A DNA stretch of 64,000 nucleotides from Camelus ferus (taxonomy: Eukaryota). Shown one piece after another: positions 1 to 13,001 of this stretch (position 1 is its first letter; every line of letters begins with the position of its first letter). The translations under genes were made by a program, and so were the position numbers. The notes beneath the pieces are model-generated. The model saw only the letters and a program-made list of their open reading frames with translations, was not told where the DNA came from and did not search any database. The stretch lies in the NCBI RefSeq assembly GCF_009834535.1, contig NC_045697.1, positions 59,026,001 to 59,090,000 on the forward strand, read 5' to 3'.

Positions 1-139
1 TGGTCATTGATCTTTTTTAATCCACATATATATAAATCTCTAAACAACTAAATGGGCTTTTTACCAGGTTTACTGTGGAAACAATTCATAACATAAAGTA
101 CATTAGAAATAGAAATTTAGTAAAGTGGCACAGTGTAAT

Positions 140-265
140 ACATTTTTATACATGTATATGTATAGAGCTATACACACATATCACATATATACACATACAT
201 ACGTTTGTACACATATAAATATATGCATGTATGAATAATGTTTGCTTGTATATATAGACATATAT
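140..265. repeat. Degenerate (TA/CA) low-complexity repeat
   Basis: Alternating purine-pyrimidine run (atacatgtatatgtatag...catatatacacatacatac). Confidence 0.75.
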
Positions 266-3200
266 GCAGACTTATTTACTTATTCAAAACAGGAGACAAA
301 TAAATGACTGCTTAGATCACCTGGACCACTTTGTCCAAAACATCAGCAAATTCCTTCATCTCAGAAGTGCTAGGGCCAGTCTCCCTAAGCTACAGGTAAC
401 TAGACCTCAGATTCCTCTCTTGGGATTTGTAAACCTGGAGTCAAAGTGATGGAGAGACTCAGGTCCTTTCCAGTTATGTTGAACTACAAGCCTGGGAAGT
501 AACGGGCATTGAATATTTTCAATTCATAACTTTATCACTCAAATCATCGGATGCCTGAATGGACAGAAGCAGTAATGATGAATAACAGAAAGGACACTGC
601 ATCACTGCTTTTAATTTTATACTTCTAACAGTACAGTTATTGTGAAGGTCTAAATTTGCCTAGGCAGAAAGGAAATACTCTATGAGAATATTTGGGGGAA
701 GGCATACCTTTTCATAAAAACTATACCCTCTACTTCATAATTACTCTTCAGAATAGAATTCAACATCCAAAAAGGAAAATAAGGGCTGTATTAGCTAAAA
801 ATATTACATGTATGGATTCCTGCTCCATGGATGTCAGATCTCAAATAATTTCCTCTGGTTGTTATCAGTATTATGTTTGAACTCGTTTCCCTGCTTCCAA
901 TCTGAGTCCCTTCTGAAACATTCTCTACAACACCTGGCCCATACCTAGAAGAAGTACTCAGCATATATTTGTGAAAATAATGACCCTTTAACTAAATGTA
1001 TCCTAACCTACTGACAATTTCAGAGAGCATCCTTGTTCTGAGTGATTACTCAATAAATATTTGTAGCATAAATGAAAGAAGGAATGCATGTTTTTATATT
1101 TTCAATGGCTAACTCAAAAACAAGTAGGAGCAAGGTAAGTGTAAAAATCTACAAAGCATTCAATCATTTATTTACTGATTCATTTAACAAATATCAACTA
1201 TGGGAAGGCACAATTTTAGGAGCCATGGATAAGTATTACAGAGAACAAAGCCCTATGGACCTCATAGTTTAATGGAAAATAATGATATCTAACATTTTTG
1301 AATTTATATAAATGTACTCATACTTGTTAAGCACTGTTTCATTGATTCTCACTACAAACTATAAGACAAGTACTGATACTATGCCATTTAACAGAAGGTA
1401 AAAGAGGTTAGGTCATTGCAGCCTTATGTGAGATGCAGCAAGGAGACTGGATTTGATCAAACTTTATAAAGGGACACTACATCTTATAGTATGGTGAGCG
1501 TAATATAAATAGAATATAGAGAATCGTGGCGAAGCATATTGGGAAGAGGAAGAGATTTATGGCTAAAATAACCATAGGTTATTATCGTTGTGTTGTATTT
1601 TCTTTAATCACTCAAAGAAAAGCAATAACCAAATGCTTAATTACCTTTCAAGTAAAAACGTATCATAAATGTTTCTCCACAGAATGAAAATATTTGTAAA
1701 TTGTTACTGTTTTCTGCTATTCAGAGAATAGAAGAAAGGAATCCACATATTGATGGAACACATCTCTAAATACCAAAATAAAAGCCTGTTTATTCATCAA
1801 GTTTCACTACTTCATAAGATTCAAAATGTTCTGTTATTTTTAAATATAGCACTGCCATTATATACATGAAACTCGAAACTTCTGATAAAAACTTTATTTT
1901 CTTAGCGTTCAATCATCATCACCCCTTACAGAAATAAGATAAATATTTTAAGGCAGATAAATGAAATGTATATATCTTAAATGACTAACCTCCCAACCCA
2001 TCCACCTTTGCTTCAAAATTCTCTTCTTAAATTATATCAAGAACTTGGTTAAAATAATAATTCTAGATTTAAGTCCAGAATTTTGTACTTACATTTCTAT
2101 TATTACTTTGGCATGACTGCAGACTTCCACATTCCTGAAGACAGATTTAGCTAACTACTGCAGTAGAAGACAAAGGAATACTTTATTTAAAAAATTAACC
2201 ACTGAATATTAAAAGGCAGATTTATCAGATTGCCAGGTCTTCCAGTTTATGAAACAATGTCTAATAAAATGGCACAGTCATGATTTACTAAGGTTTTTAA
2301 ATTCATTATTATATCCACCATATTTTACACCTTTGACTAGTCCTTCTCTCATATTTAAGCTTTCTGTATTATAGAAATTTATTTTCCCCCATTAAATAGC
2401 CTTAATTCTGTCTTGTAAAAGTTTAATTTGAAAATTATGCTTCCACGTTCCAAAGAATATAAGTTTTGTTAACACATTTTAAGAACATACATTTATTCTG
2501 GCAGTACTACTAGCATATTCATTTGAATATGCCATGTTTTTTTCCATAACTCTGCTTTGCAATAATAAAGAGTATTTATTACATGATCTCATTAAAGTGC
2601 TCCGGAAAGAATAATTACAAAATGTTGAAAGAGCAAGCTCTGACTTTTTTTTTAATAAAAAGATTAACACATGTCTCAATGCATATTCAAATATCACCCT
2701 TCTGGCAATTTCAAACTATGTGATATAAATATATGCAAAATATAGGAAAATAATCATTTTATAATCATTTTGATTTAAACATTCAGATGTACATAAAAGA
2801 ACAAAAAGTGTCTGTCTTTGGGGTTGGGGATTTGATTTAATTTGGTTTCTTCTCTTTGGTAATCATATTTTCTATTTACTCAATAATATTTGCTTTTAAT
2901 ACAAGCTTAGAAAAAAGTGCTAAAATTATCTAAGAGTATTTTCCGGCAGTTTTATATGATGAAATATTAACAAGTCAGCTTGTCTGCCTGTAATAAATGA
3001 GAGACAAGAAATGGTCCATTAGGGGTAGAATAATTCACTAGCAGAGTCCTTTTGAGAAATAAGAAGAAAAATTCTGAATATAGCCTATTTAGATAGCTAC
3101 AGAAAGAATAAAGATAGAAGCTTTCTAACAATATTGTAGCAAGTATCTCAAGCTGACTTTTTTTACCATAACATAACTGCCAACTCCCCATATATAAGAT

Positions 3201-3959
3201 GTACAAAATATGGGTTAATGAAGAAACATACCATGGAGCAAACTGAAACCACCTCTTGATTCTGGTTTTTGCAAATACAAAACTTCAACATTTTTTCTCA
3301 CAGAATATTCAAGATTTCCAAGTACCTGTGATAGGTCCTTTCATCTGAATCAAGTCATTACTCTCCCTGGGACTTTAAACATGAATCAGGAGGTTAACAT
3401 AGGCAGACATTACACTGGCTGGTGTTGCTTTGGTGAATTCAGGCATCATACTATAGGACTGTAGTTCAAAACACCAATCTAAGTAGTTGTGGGTTGTATA
3501 CACACTGGTATATTAACAAGGCAATGGGCACTATGAATTAGAGGATGCATTAAATGATACCTCCTGGCCTGAAGGAGCTTATGCACCTTCCCACAGCTTT
3601 AGGAAGTGACTCAGTTACCAGGGTGAATCAAGTTGAATATACCTTCTTCCTACTTGGTAGAAAGAAAATAAATTATATATGTACATATATGTATATAATA
3701 TAACTTATGTTTTTCTTTCTAAAGCTGGAAATATCCCCTCTGGTGTAATCAAAGGCACATAATGAGTTTAAAGCAATTCTCCTTATGACCAATCTAAGGA
3801 AGTTTCACATACCAATGCAGAAGCTTTAAGATTCCTAATACCCTCACTGTTTGTAATTTAGGGTATTCTGAAAGTTGCACTAACTCTCACAAATATTCTA
3901 GACACTTACAGCAGGGCACAGAATAGGAAAAAGATGTATTATGGCAACTGCAGGCATCA

Positions 3960-4860
3960 ATACAGAGCTGTCATATCCCCAAGTACTCTCTTCCTTAGGC
4001 TAAATAGTCTTTCAATATTTCTTCTATAATATGGTCTGGAACTTCTTCATCACCGTTAATTTTTCATAATTAGGATTTGTAAGAATGGCCCTAATTCTTA
4101 AGCTTTTTTCCTTTCAGTACTACATATAACTGCCTTATTCTGGATAATATTAATTATCATTAAAGACATCACCGCAGTGTCAAATTGTGGTAAGGTTACT
4201 AAAACCTCAAACTTCCAAAGTGATGCCTATGTTAAAATGGTTTTAATTCTGTTTCTATGCAAACCTGCTACTTCTGACAGAGCACCTCTACTACTGAGTA
4301 TCACGAATGTGTGTATATCTATTCCAGCAGTTACTGTAAGTGCCTTGGGGCACAGGAGCAGCTGAACCTGGGTCAGCCCTCAGGTTTGACAAATGAATAA
4401 AAACTCCTCAGTCCTACCCCACAAAGCAGCTCCTAACCCACTTCATCATGATGTAGTATTTCCTCAGATGGTTTCATGAAGAAAATAAGATGCCATAAAC
4501 TTCTTCTATAACTCATGCAAATTTTACAGCCTTATAGACCAATTTTGGAATTTATTTCTAAAATGTAATATTTTGCTACCAGGTAAGTGCTGTGTGCAAA
4601 TCTGCAGAAACTGCCTTTGATATCCTCTTCAAGTTATTAATGAAGTGTTGAACATTTTATAACAGGACAAAAGAGACAGAAAAGTGTAGTATGTCACTAA
4701 GAACTTCTTTTCAGAAAGTATCAATGACCATCCTCTTGGTATAGTTTGTGAATCAGTTAGTAATATATGTAACTGATCTTGTATTTTAGACCACAGTTTT
4801 TATTCTTCTTTGTGTAATAAACATATAGAGATTTTGCCATGCTGTGTCATGGACTTTTTG
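3960..4860 (-). mobile_element. L3/CR1 LINE remnant
   Basis: TCTTCAAGTTATTAATGAAGTGTTGAACA...ACAGGACAAAAG...TCTTGGTATAGTTTGTGAATCAGTTAG (~4625-4760) and CTCTTCCTTAGGCTAAATAG (~3987) resemble antisense L3 RT/3' region. Confidence 0.6.
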
Positions 4861-6119
4861 TTTGACTTAGAAAATGTTTCCTATAAAACAAAAATCAGTA
4901 AATTAAGTAAGAACTAAACATCACAGCCAAGAAAACAATTCATTTTTAGAAATAACAAAATATGTAATTATTTAATCATAACAGTTATCAAAATTAAACA
5001 TAATTTAATTGCTTATTCAGAGTCATTAATTATGTAGAGTCGAAAAATTACACTACTAAAGCAATCATTTAATCACTAGAGCTTGAAAAATATCTAAGCA
5101 CTAATTCATTATTTCTGCTATGCTCTTGGGGAATTATATCCTATATTTATAATAAAACCAACATAATTATTTTAAAATGCATAACTAATAACATCCTCAT
5201 GAATCTTTAATATGCTAACTTAATAATGAAAAGGGTCAAATTTAGAAGTATGTGATCAAAAAAATAAATTTAAGACAATGAAATAGGAAACAATAAATCA
5301 GGGGACGTACACAACTTAGAGCTTTGATTCACATGTACTATCCTTAGTTAACTTAATTAAAGGCTAAATCTCTATTACTTAATGACCAGAAAAGTCTCAA
5401 CTATCATTCTCACCAATCTTACGTTGTTTTAACTTATAATGTCTCATAGCTTTCTTGTCTTTTATGATGCCAAGAAAAATCTAAATTTGAAAATTCTCTT
5501 CAAGGGAACAGCAGACAGAAGCAGGACTTTTGGCTGACCTTTTAGGGGACATTTTTCAAGGATTCACATGCTGCAGAATTACAATTAGTCTCTGACAGTG
5601 ACTTTTGTTAATCAAGTTTGCATTTCCTTTGAACTTTACAATCCTGTACTTGCATGCATCTGTTTAACTTGTACTTACTCAAGCAGCCTATCAGAATCAC
5701 TAAATTATGCAAAGCAAGTATTGGCAATTCTTATATATATGAATTCTCCCTCCAAATGTATCTACTTTTTCATTTAAGTGACTTTGAAGGAAGGTCTTAA
5801 AGAAACCTTCATTTTCAATGAGTGATGGCTGTGGAATAAAGATTACTTGCCACACTGTAGTTAATAAATCATAGGAATTGTTTCTCTTTCTCTCTGATAC
5901 AGCATATAAAATACTGCTGAGCTCAAAAGAACACTTCCTAAAGAAGGACCACTGTCAATGCACTGTTATTGGTGAGTGATATGTAGCATAAATCCATCTC
6001 ACTGAATTTCCAAGATGCTGAATATCCTAGATATGCTTAGTGACTGAACAAGCACATAAAATGAAGTACAGAATCATAAAATTAAAGATCATAAATAAAT
6101 AATGCCAAAGATAATCTGG

Positions 6120-6410
6120 CCCAACATTCCCCAAAGTGTGTTCAATGCAACCCAAGTTCTGTGGGTATGAGTTAAGTGTGTGAAGTCCCATAGTCAAATA
6201 GTTGACAAATGCTGAAATGAATAATGTTAAATTGCTTTTTTTCTCCCTATAGGAGTTCTCAGAGCCTTTAAGATATTATTATGCACTGTGAATTTGTAAA
6301 AGGGAATAATATGCTGTGTTTGCCGAACGCATTCGAATGTGGAGCTCTTTTTCTGTTGTTGTTAACATGTAACATCTGGGTCTATTGTTTATTATGTTTT
6401 AGAAAATGAT
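6120..6410. mobile_element. hAT-Charlie (Charlie4-like) non-autonomous DNA transposon inserted in a MIR-family remnant
   Basis: CAACATTCCCCAAAGTGTGTTC at one end and TGTTTTAGAAAATG at the other, with internal TTCTCAGAGCCTTTAAGATATT. MIR-like GTGACTTGCCAAGGTTATACCACTAGT continues at ~6455. Confidence 0.55.
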
Positions 6411-6549
6411 CATCTATTCCAAACATCACCATTTATATAGCCTAGATTAGTGGAGTGACTTGCCAAGGTTATACCACTAGTCAGCATGAGAGCAAGGACT
6501 AACACCTGACGTGGCCAGGGTCCTTCCAACACATCATTTTTGACACAGG

Positions 6550-7150
6550 GTATGGCATCTTGCCAGGCTAGTGTGATGGAGAGAGAGGAGCAAGGCTTTC
6601 AAGAGTATCTGCACAAGGCTGTAAGAAAAATGATGATCCAGGGGAATCGAACATGGATAAGGACGAAAATCAATGCTTTAATGGTGCTGATGCTAAGAGA
6701 GTGCCTGAGAAAGCTGGTTGGAAGGAACAGGGCTGTAGTCAGAAGTAGGTCTGATTTCTGTGGTTTTGAAAGCTGAAATATCTGGTAATGATAAGATTTA
6801 GGATAATCATGGCAGATAGGTAACATTATAAGAGATGGTTAGGCTTCAAAACTGAGCTGTATGAAAACCATGACTGAAGTTAAGGGTTAGGTGAGAGGAG
6901 AGCCACGAGACTGACTGGAAGGTTCCCTGAATGAGAAAGTGATGAGATCAGTCAGGGCAGCAACAAGAGGAAAGAAGGTGGTAAAACCTAGCAGCAAGAG
7001 CTTCAAAAGAATCTTGGCTTGTCACAAAAAGAAGGTAAGTATGAGAGAGGAAATGGCAAGTAAACAAGATACTGACCCCCCCCACCTTTTACTTCTCTGA
7101 GGTACCCCGGGTGTATGAAGAATCAATGCAGAAGACACGGTCTCCTCAGG
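6550..7150 (-). mobile_element. L2 LINE remnant
   Basis: Purine-rich degenerate sequence typical of antisense L2 ORF2; family assignment is by impression only. Confidence 0.4.
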
Positions 7151-7879
7151 GATCACGCAGAAATAAACAAAGTTGAAAGGAAATTTTATGTAGATGGCAT
7201 TTCTCTGCGGAGAGAGTCTAAGTCTTCATTATCACCATTAAACATTTATATAATTCTATAGTTTGTCACTGGTTAGCCCACCCCCACCACACACACATGC
7301 AACACATATAAAACTACACAAGTAAACAGTCATGAAGGGTCTAATAATTTTGGAACTGACAGGCTCAAGAGGTTTAAGCCAAGTTGAAACTTTAAGCCAG
7401 AAGTATACTGAAGTTCCTATAACAAATAAGAAATAAAACTCTTAGACTCACAGAAGTGAAATGGACTGTAGCCCTCCAAGCATCATAAAAACCCTTCAGC
7501 AGCAGCACGGGAATGCTGAAATATGCATACTTAAATCCTACAGAAGGGACTGTAATTGGCACAATCTTTGTGGGGAAATAATTCGGCAAAGAGCAACAAA
7601 ATGCATTATAACATTACTAATATTTAACCTAATATTTATATAACTTTTAATATGCAGCTGAGACTAATATGAAATACAGAGAAAGCTTTACATGAAAAAT
7701 ACTTCTTGTTATTTATGACTGCTAAAATAGAGACATTAAATGTCAAAATAAAACAGAGGCATAAAGTTTAGTAATGCTAGTGCTATATAATAAACAATGA
7801 GGTAATAAGTATTTGGGTGTTTCAGTGTTTCTAACGATGCAGGTATACATGCCTATGCTATAATGCTAAATAAGAAAAT

Positions 7880-8680
7880 CTGAGTATCAACACAGTAAAA
7901 ATTATGCATAGGAAAATATGGACTGGAAGTAAATGTATCAAAAGAGCAACAGTGTCTGCTTCTAAATGGTAGGATTATAAAGCTTTTCTTTTTATTCTTT
8001 AGCATTTCTACAATTCTAAATTTTCTACAATGAATATACATTATTGTATAATCAGGAAAAAAACGTACTTTCTCTAAAATACCAAAATCCTGGTTTTAAA
8101 ATAACCGTGGATAAGAAAGTACTCCTGCATTTTAGAGAGTATTTTGGCATTATTTAGCAAAACATGTATTACGTATTTCATAATTTCCCCTATAACTCCA
8201 GTTCTATAAATATAATCTCCCCAAACACTTGTACCAAGGCACCCGTAAGTATGCCCACGGTGACTGCAGCAATAATCAAAGTAGGAAAAAACTGAAAACA
8301 ATGAGAAAGGCCAAGAAAAGGAGACTGAATTGTGGAACTTGTATATAATGAATCACCACAGAACTGATAAAAATGGGAGAAAAAAAGATTATACATACAC
8401 TAATAGGAAAAGATTTCTAAGATGAGCTTTGAAGTGACAAAAACATCTGAGAAAGTTCTGCGTAAGTCACATTTCTATTTTTAATGATATTTTATGTGCT
8501 TTAGATGTACATACACTATATATGTATAGACATATATTACATACATAAATACACTATTCTACATATGACTGTATATACGTATAGGAGGAGGTGGGATTTT
8601 TACTCAATTTGATACACCTCTGTAGTCTTTGACTTTTTTAATAAGAATTCGTAAATTACTTTATTCATAAGTTATTTTGT
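7880..8680 (+). mobile_element. Ancient L1ME-like 3' fragments (two pieces)
   Basis: TTTTCTACAATGAATATACATTATTGTATAATCAGGAAAAAAA (~8020-8063) and GCAGCAATAATCAAAGTAGGAAAAAACTGAAAACAA...TTGTGGAACTTGTATATAATG (~8265-8350). Confidence 0.55.
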
Positions 8681-9308
8681 AATATGTTAAAATAAAATTT
8701 ACCCAAAGGAAAATAGTAACTAATATCCCCATATTAACAAACATCTCCCTAGATTAACAGTTTTGAAAATATGCAGTGCAGCTATTCCTCAAAATTATGT
8801 TGTTTTCAATAGATTATACATTTAACAGAATGGTTTTGCAATAAAAACTAGAACAACAATAACAAAAAATACCACACAATACTCATTATACCAAACATAA
8901 GAATACAAAACATACATACATTTAAAAAAACCTCAATGTTATTTTGCCACAGTTGCATCCAGAGGGTGCATTTAAAGCAAACTCTTTTAAAAATCGTTAC
9001 TAAATCTTTCACTTCAAAGTCATCTTAGTTCCTCAAACTAATACAGCTGCCACCACTGCGTGTCCCGTCCCACCTCTCACACACAGACATCTCAAAGGGG
9101 AGAGAAAAAGAAAACTATAAACACCAACAAACAAACCTGAAGAAAGTCCTTTGGCTCTTAATGTATTATTTATTATTACAGTTGCTGTTATTCACTAGTG
9201 AAAAACAGCTTTGCAAAAGTGTTTTTAAAGGAGAAAGTTGAGCAGAACTCTCCAGATGAGAGGTAGTATTCCAGAGCAAGATAAATACCTTAAGAGCAAT
9301 GGACTGGT

Positions 9309-9412
9309 GGGTGGGGTGTATAGCTCAGTGAGAGAGCGCATGCTCGGCTTGCAAGAAGTCCTGGGTTCAATCCCTCGTGCCTCCATTAAGGAAGAAAAAA
9401 AAAAAAAAAAAA
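9309..9412 (+). mobile_element. tRNA-derived SINE, Vic-1-like (camelid), with A-tail and perfect 17-bp TSD
   Basis: A box-like TAGCTCAGTGAG (9321-9332) and B box GGTTCAATCCC (9364-9374). A-rich tail runs to ~9412. The direct repeat AAGAGCAATGGACTGGT flanks it at 9292-9308 and 9413-9429, with a TT|AAGA L1-endonuclease-like site. Confidence 0.9.
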
Positions 9413-11550
9413 AAGAGCAATGGACTGGTATAAATTACATTTAGTTACACCAGACAACAGGAACATTGTTCACTCAGGACCAGTCTACCACGGTCTATAC
9501 CTTACAAAGAGGTACCCAAATGACAGGTTCATTCATTCCACTTTTATTAAGCACTTAGTATGTGCCTGACATTATATTAGGACCTTGAAACATTAAAGCT
9601 GTACATAGTGTATGAAAATGCCCAACTCACTCTCCCTGCACTCCAAAAGTGAGGGCAAAAAAAGAACAGAAATCACTAATTGCTATAATACAGAAGAACA
9701 AGGAAGATATGGTAGAAAAGAGGAAGGTGAGAAAGGATTTACTGAGAAGGTAATATTCTAGACTAGACTTTCAAATGAGGATTAATCGGCCCAGTCAGGC
9801 TACCCTCTGGTAAGCAGCAAGCAGTCAGATGTGAGTAGAACAGAATTATTCCCTAGAGCAAAATGTCCAATTTAGTTTGAATCTGAGGGATGATGGCTCT
9901 GATGCATGTCCTGTCTAAAGTACAAGCCTAATCACCACATCACAGCTACCACATGAAAGCACTGCATCCTCCGATGGAGTTACATTAGAAAGTGCAGAAC
10001 AAGCAGTTAGCCGCCCAACCCCAATCCATGCTCCTCTTCACATGGCAGCCGGCGCCAGCTGAAAAGGAATTATCCTGAACAAGGATTCCAATAGCATTGC
10101 CTTTTAATTATTTTGACCAACCCGACTGCTTGTATCTATCTGCCTGGAGAGTTACTGCCAGAGCACCTCCTCTGAGAATAAGCCAGCTGGCAGCAGACTG
10201 GCTCCAAAACACCTGAGCTTCACAAACCCAAGGACCAAGAGATCTAAGATTGCCCCCCTGGGCACCGTCATCATGCAGAACCACTGCCAAACTACAGAAC
10301 CAGCTCTGCCAATGTATATTAATATACAAAGTGCAAGACTATTTTAGTTACTGGGTGTTTAACTATCTGTGGAGCTATATGTTTTTACAAGATCCAACTC
10401 AAAAAAACCCAGTAAAAATTTAGCATAAAAATGTTTCATATTCCTGCTAATATTTCAAATACATATGAAATATCTTACACAGTGTAAATGATTATCAAAT
10501 GGTTGCTATTCAATGATAATAACTCAACCTCTGTAAGTTAAGGCACCATAATTTAATATTCAAAAATAGAGTGAGGCTAGAAGAGATGTATTCCATAGCT
10601 GGAGCAAGTAAACCTATTCCAATGCCAGCTCATTCATTATTCGGTATGAATTTCCTCAGCTTATGAAATGAAAGACGGTGGCACGGGTGTTTGCTTAAAA
10701 ATCTCTACGACCTCTTTTAATGTAAAATAAACCAATCTTACTGAATTGTTCAGTTTAACAAACATCTAAATAAAAGTACTGATACCCAAAATCAACAAAT
10801 CTGGAGATTTTGTGTTTCCTTGACACTCTTGACCACTAACTAAACAATTATGGAAGGTTTAGTGTGTGAAGCATTGTGCTAAGGGCTATGCATGTAGGTT
10901 TTCATCAAGTTTCAAAATAAACCCATGAATTAGAATTATTTTTCTAACTGTATAATAGGAAGTACTGAGAAGTATCTTGAGCAAAGACTAGAAAAGAGTG
11001 AACTTGGATCAATCATTGCTAGAGTCAGTCTGATAAGAAAGCACTTAGATACTATATTGGTGGACTATAAGAGTAAAATCTTTCCAATACTACCATCAGT
11101 ACTCATTAATGAAAGAGGTGGCATGGATTAGGAATTAATATATATGCACAAAGTGGAATTTATCATGTCGAAGTTAGACACAGGGAAACAGTTACTTGAT
11201 AAGCTCTACCTAATGTAAAATACATTTTCATGATACTGTTATATTCTTTTAGTTTACCTAAAATTTGTCAGACGATTACAATAATGCATGTTCATATAAA
11301 ATATTCATTATGATTTATACACTGACTTTCACTTAATTGTTATTCAAGTATTTTGAATTACGAGTGAAAAATATATGTTATCTATAAAGCATTGCAATAC
11401 ATATATACAAAAAATGACTCTATATAAAATTAATTGTTCTCCTGGTGATCAAATTTAGAAATGCATAGCTAAAATAGCTCAGGTGATATGCAGAGCCTAA
11501 CAAAGAATGATACCTTTAAAATATTAGAGGTCACACCAGATGACTTTTCT

Positions 11551-11728
11551 CAGTGGTCCTCAAACTATGGTTTCTGAGCCTCTTGTATGAAAATCAAAAT
11601 GTTTCTTTAATACGTGTATCTCTGTGCCACCAAAATACCTGCAAAATCAAATCAATCTCTTCTCAATCTCTGTCAAACACACCATAACACCAGTGAATCA
11701 GATGCACATAAAATTTTGAGAACCTCCT
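11551..11728. mobile_element. MER5-like hAT-Charlie MITE
   Basis: Terminal CAGTGGTCCTCAAACT and GATGCACATAAAATTTTGAGAACCTCCT form imperfect TIRs; ~180 bp. Confidence 0.7.
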
Positions 11729-12299
11729 ACAAACATGAAAAACAGGAAGATAAGTTTCCTCCATTTTATGTTGTCATGAAAGTCCTTAAGGTACTACTCG
11801 AAAGATGTATTAAAAGTCAACATTAGAGAGACCACCATATAACAAGGACTTTTCTTTTAACTACAGTAGCTAAAAGGCCTAGGACCTGCCTTGCATCCAT
11901 CTGTACTTACTAGGACATTAGCATACATTGCTATCGTTAGTATGTGTACGTGTGTGTACGTATATATTATATACATACATATGTGTGTTACATATATGAA
12001 TTTATGCAAGTCAGTGCTCTGCTCAAACAACTAAGGTACAGTAATATGAACAGACTTACAATTCTTAAAAAACCAAAGACTCTCCAAAGGAAGCTCTGAC
12101 TTCCATGGTCACATATAAAATAAGTTCACCAGGTAAATGAGAAAATACACATGAAGCAGACTGCTGGGCAAGTGCTCAACAGTTTTATGTGATCATTTAA
12201 ATATCAGTTTACAATGGTTTTTCATAAGAAGAGTAAATATATCATTTCCACCCAAATCAAGCATTTCAACAGAAACAAGACAGACAAAAGGAAGGAAGG

Positions 12300-12970
12300 A
12301 GGAAGAGTACCTCAACCCTCACCAAGCCCGCGCCAGCCCCCGGGAGGGCCAGGAGGGCAGCATTTCTCTGAGTTGCTGTAGCATCCCAGCTATGCTGCTC
12401 CTTCCTCGTAACTCAGGGCTCGAATTCTGTCCCTACAGTAATGGGTAGGGGTGTGAAGGGAAGGAAAACAAGCCTTCCTGGTTTCATTTGTAATTGTCAC
12501 TTGTCTGCAGATAGAAGATTCTGTCATTCCTTATTCTCAAAACCACTTCACACGCCCAGAGACAAGACATAATAAACAAGACTCGGAGGAGGTAACCATA
12601 AAGAGGTCAGAGGCACATCTTCCTCTGAGAAGGGAGTTCAGGGTTAAGAATTCTCCGGGACTCCTGTGGACAAAAGCCAGAGCTTACACGGATCAGAGAG
12701 GCGCTTCTAAAGCACATGCCAAGAATAATCAATGCAGCCACCTGCCCGGCAAGGTAACAGCAAGAAAACAAAGGCCAATTCACCCACACCTCCACAGGGA
12801 GAAAACGAGCCTCAAAATGTAGCCTACTTGAGCCAGAGACGCATCAGTTTTTAAAAATTAGAAACTTACCCCACTTCCTAAACATTGTATTATGAACATA
12901 TGGAACAGCTTGGTAAGTGCATATATTTTCCTGTCTATTTGCAGAAAATCTCCTCTTCAAAGCTAGTTTG

Positions 12971-13001
<31 letters not shown>

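Noticed and set aside
1645..1716. Possible 72-nt minus-strand exon (gaatag|CAG...AAG|gtaatt)
   Set aside because: Very AT-rich with a moderate donor, and the single open frame gives no recognisable peptide.
9309..9385. Possible tRNA gene (Ala-like)
   Set aside because: The A-tail and TSD show it is a SINE, and the D-arm is degenerate. The copy at 39636 has the same SINE architecture and A-rich tail.
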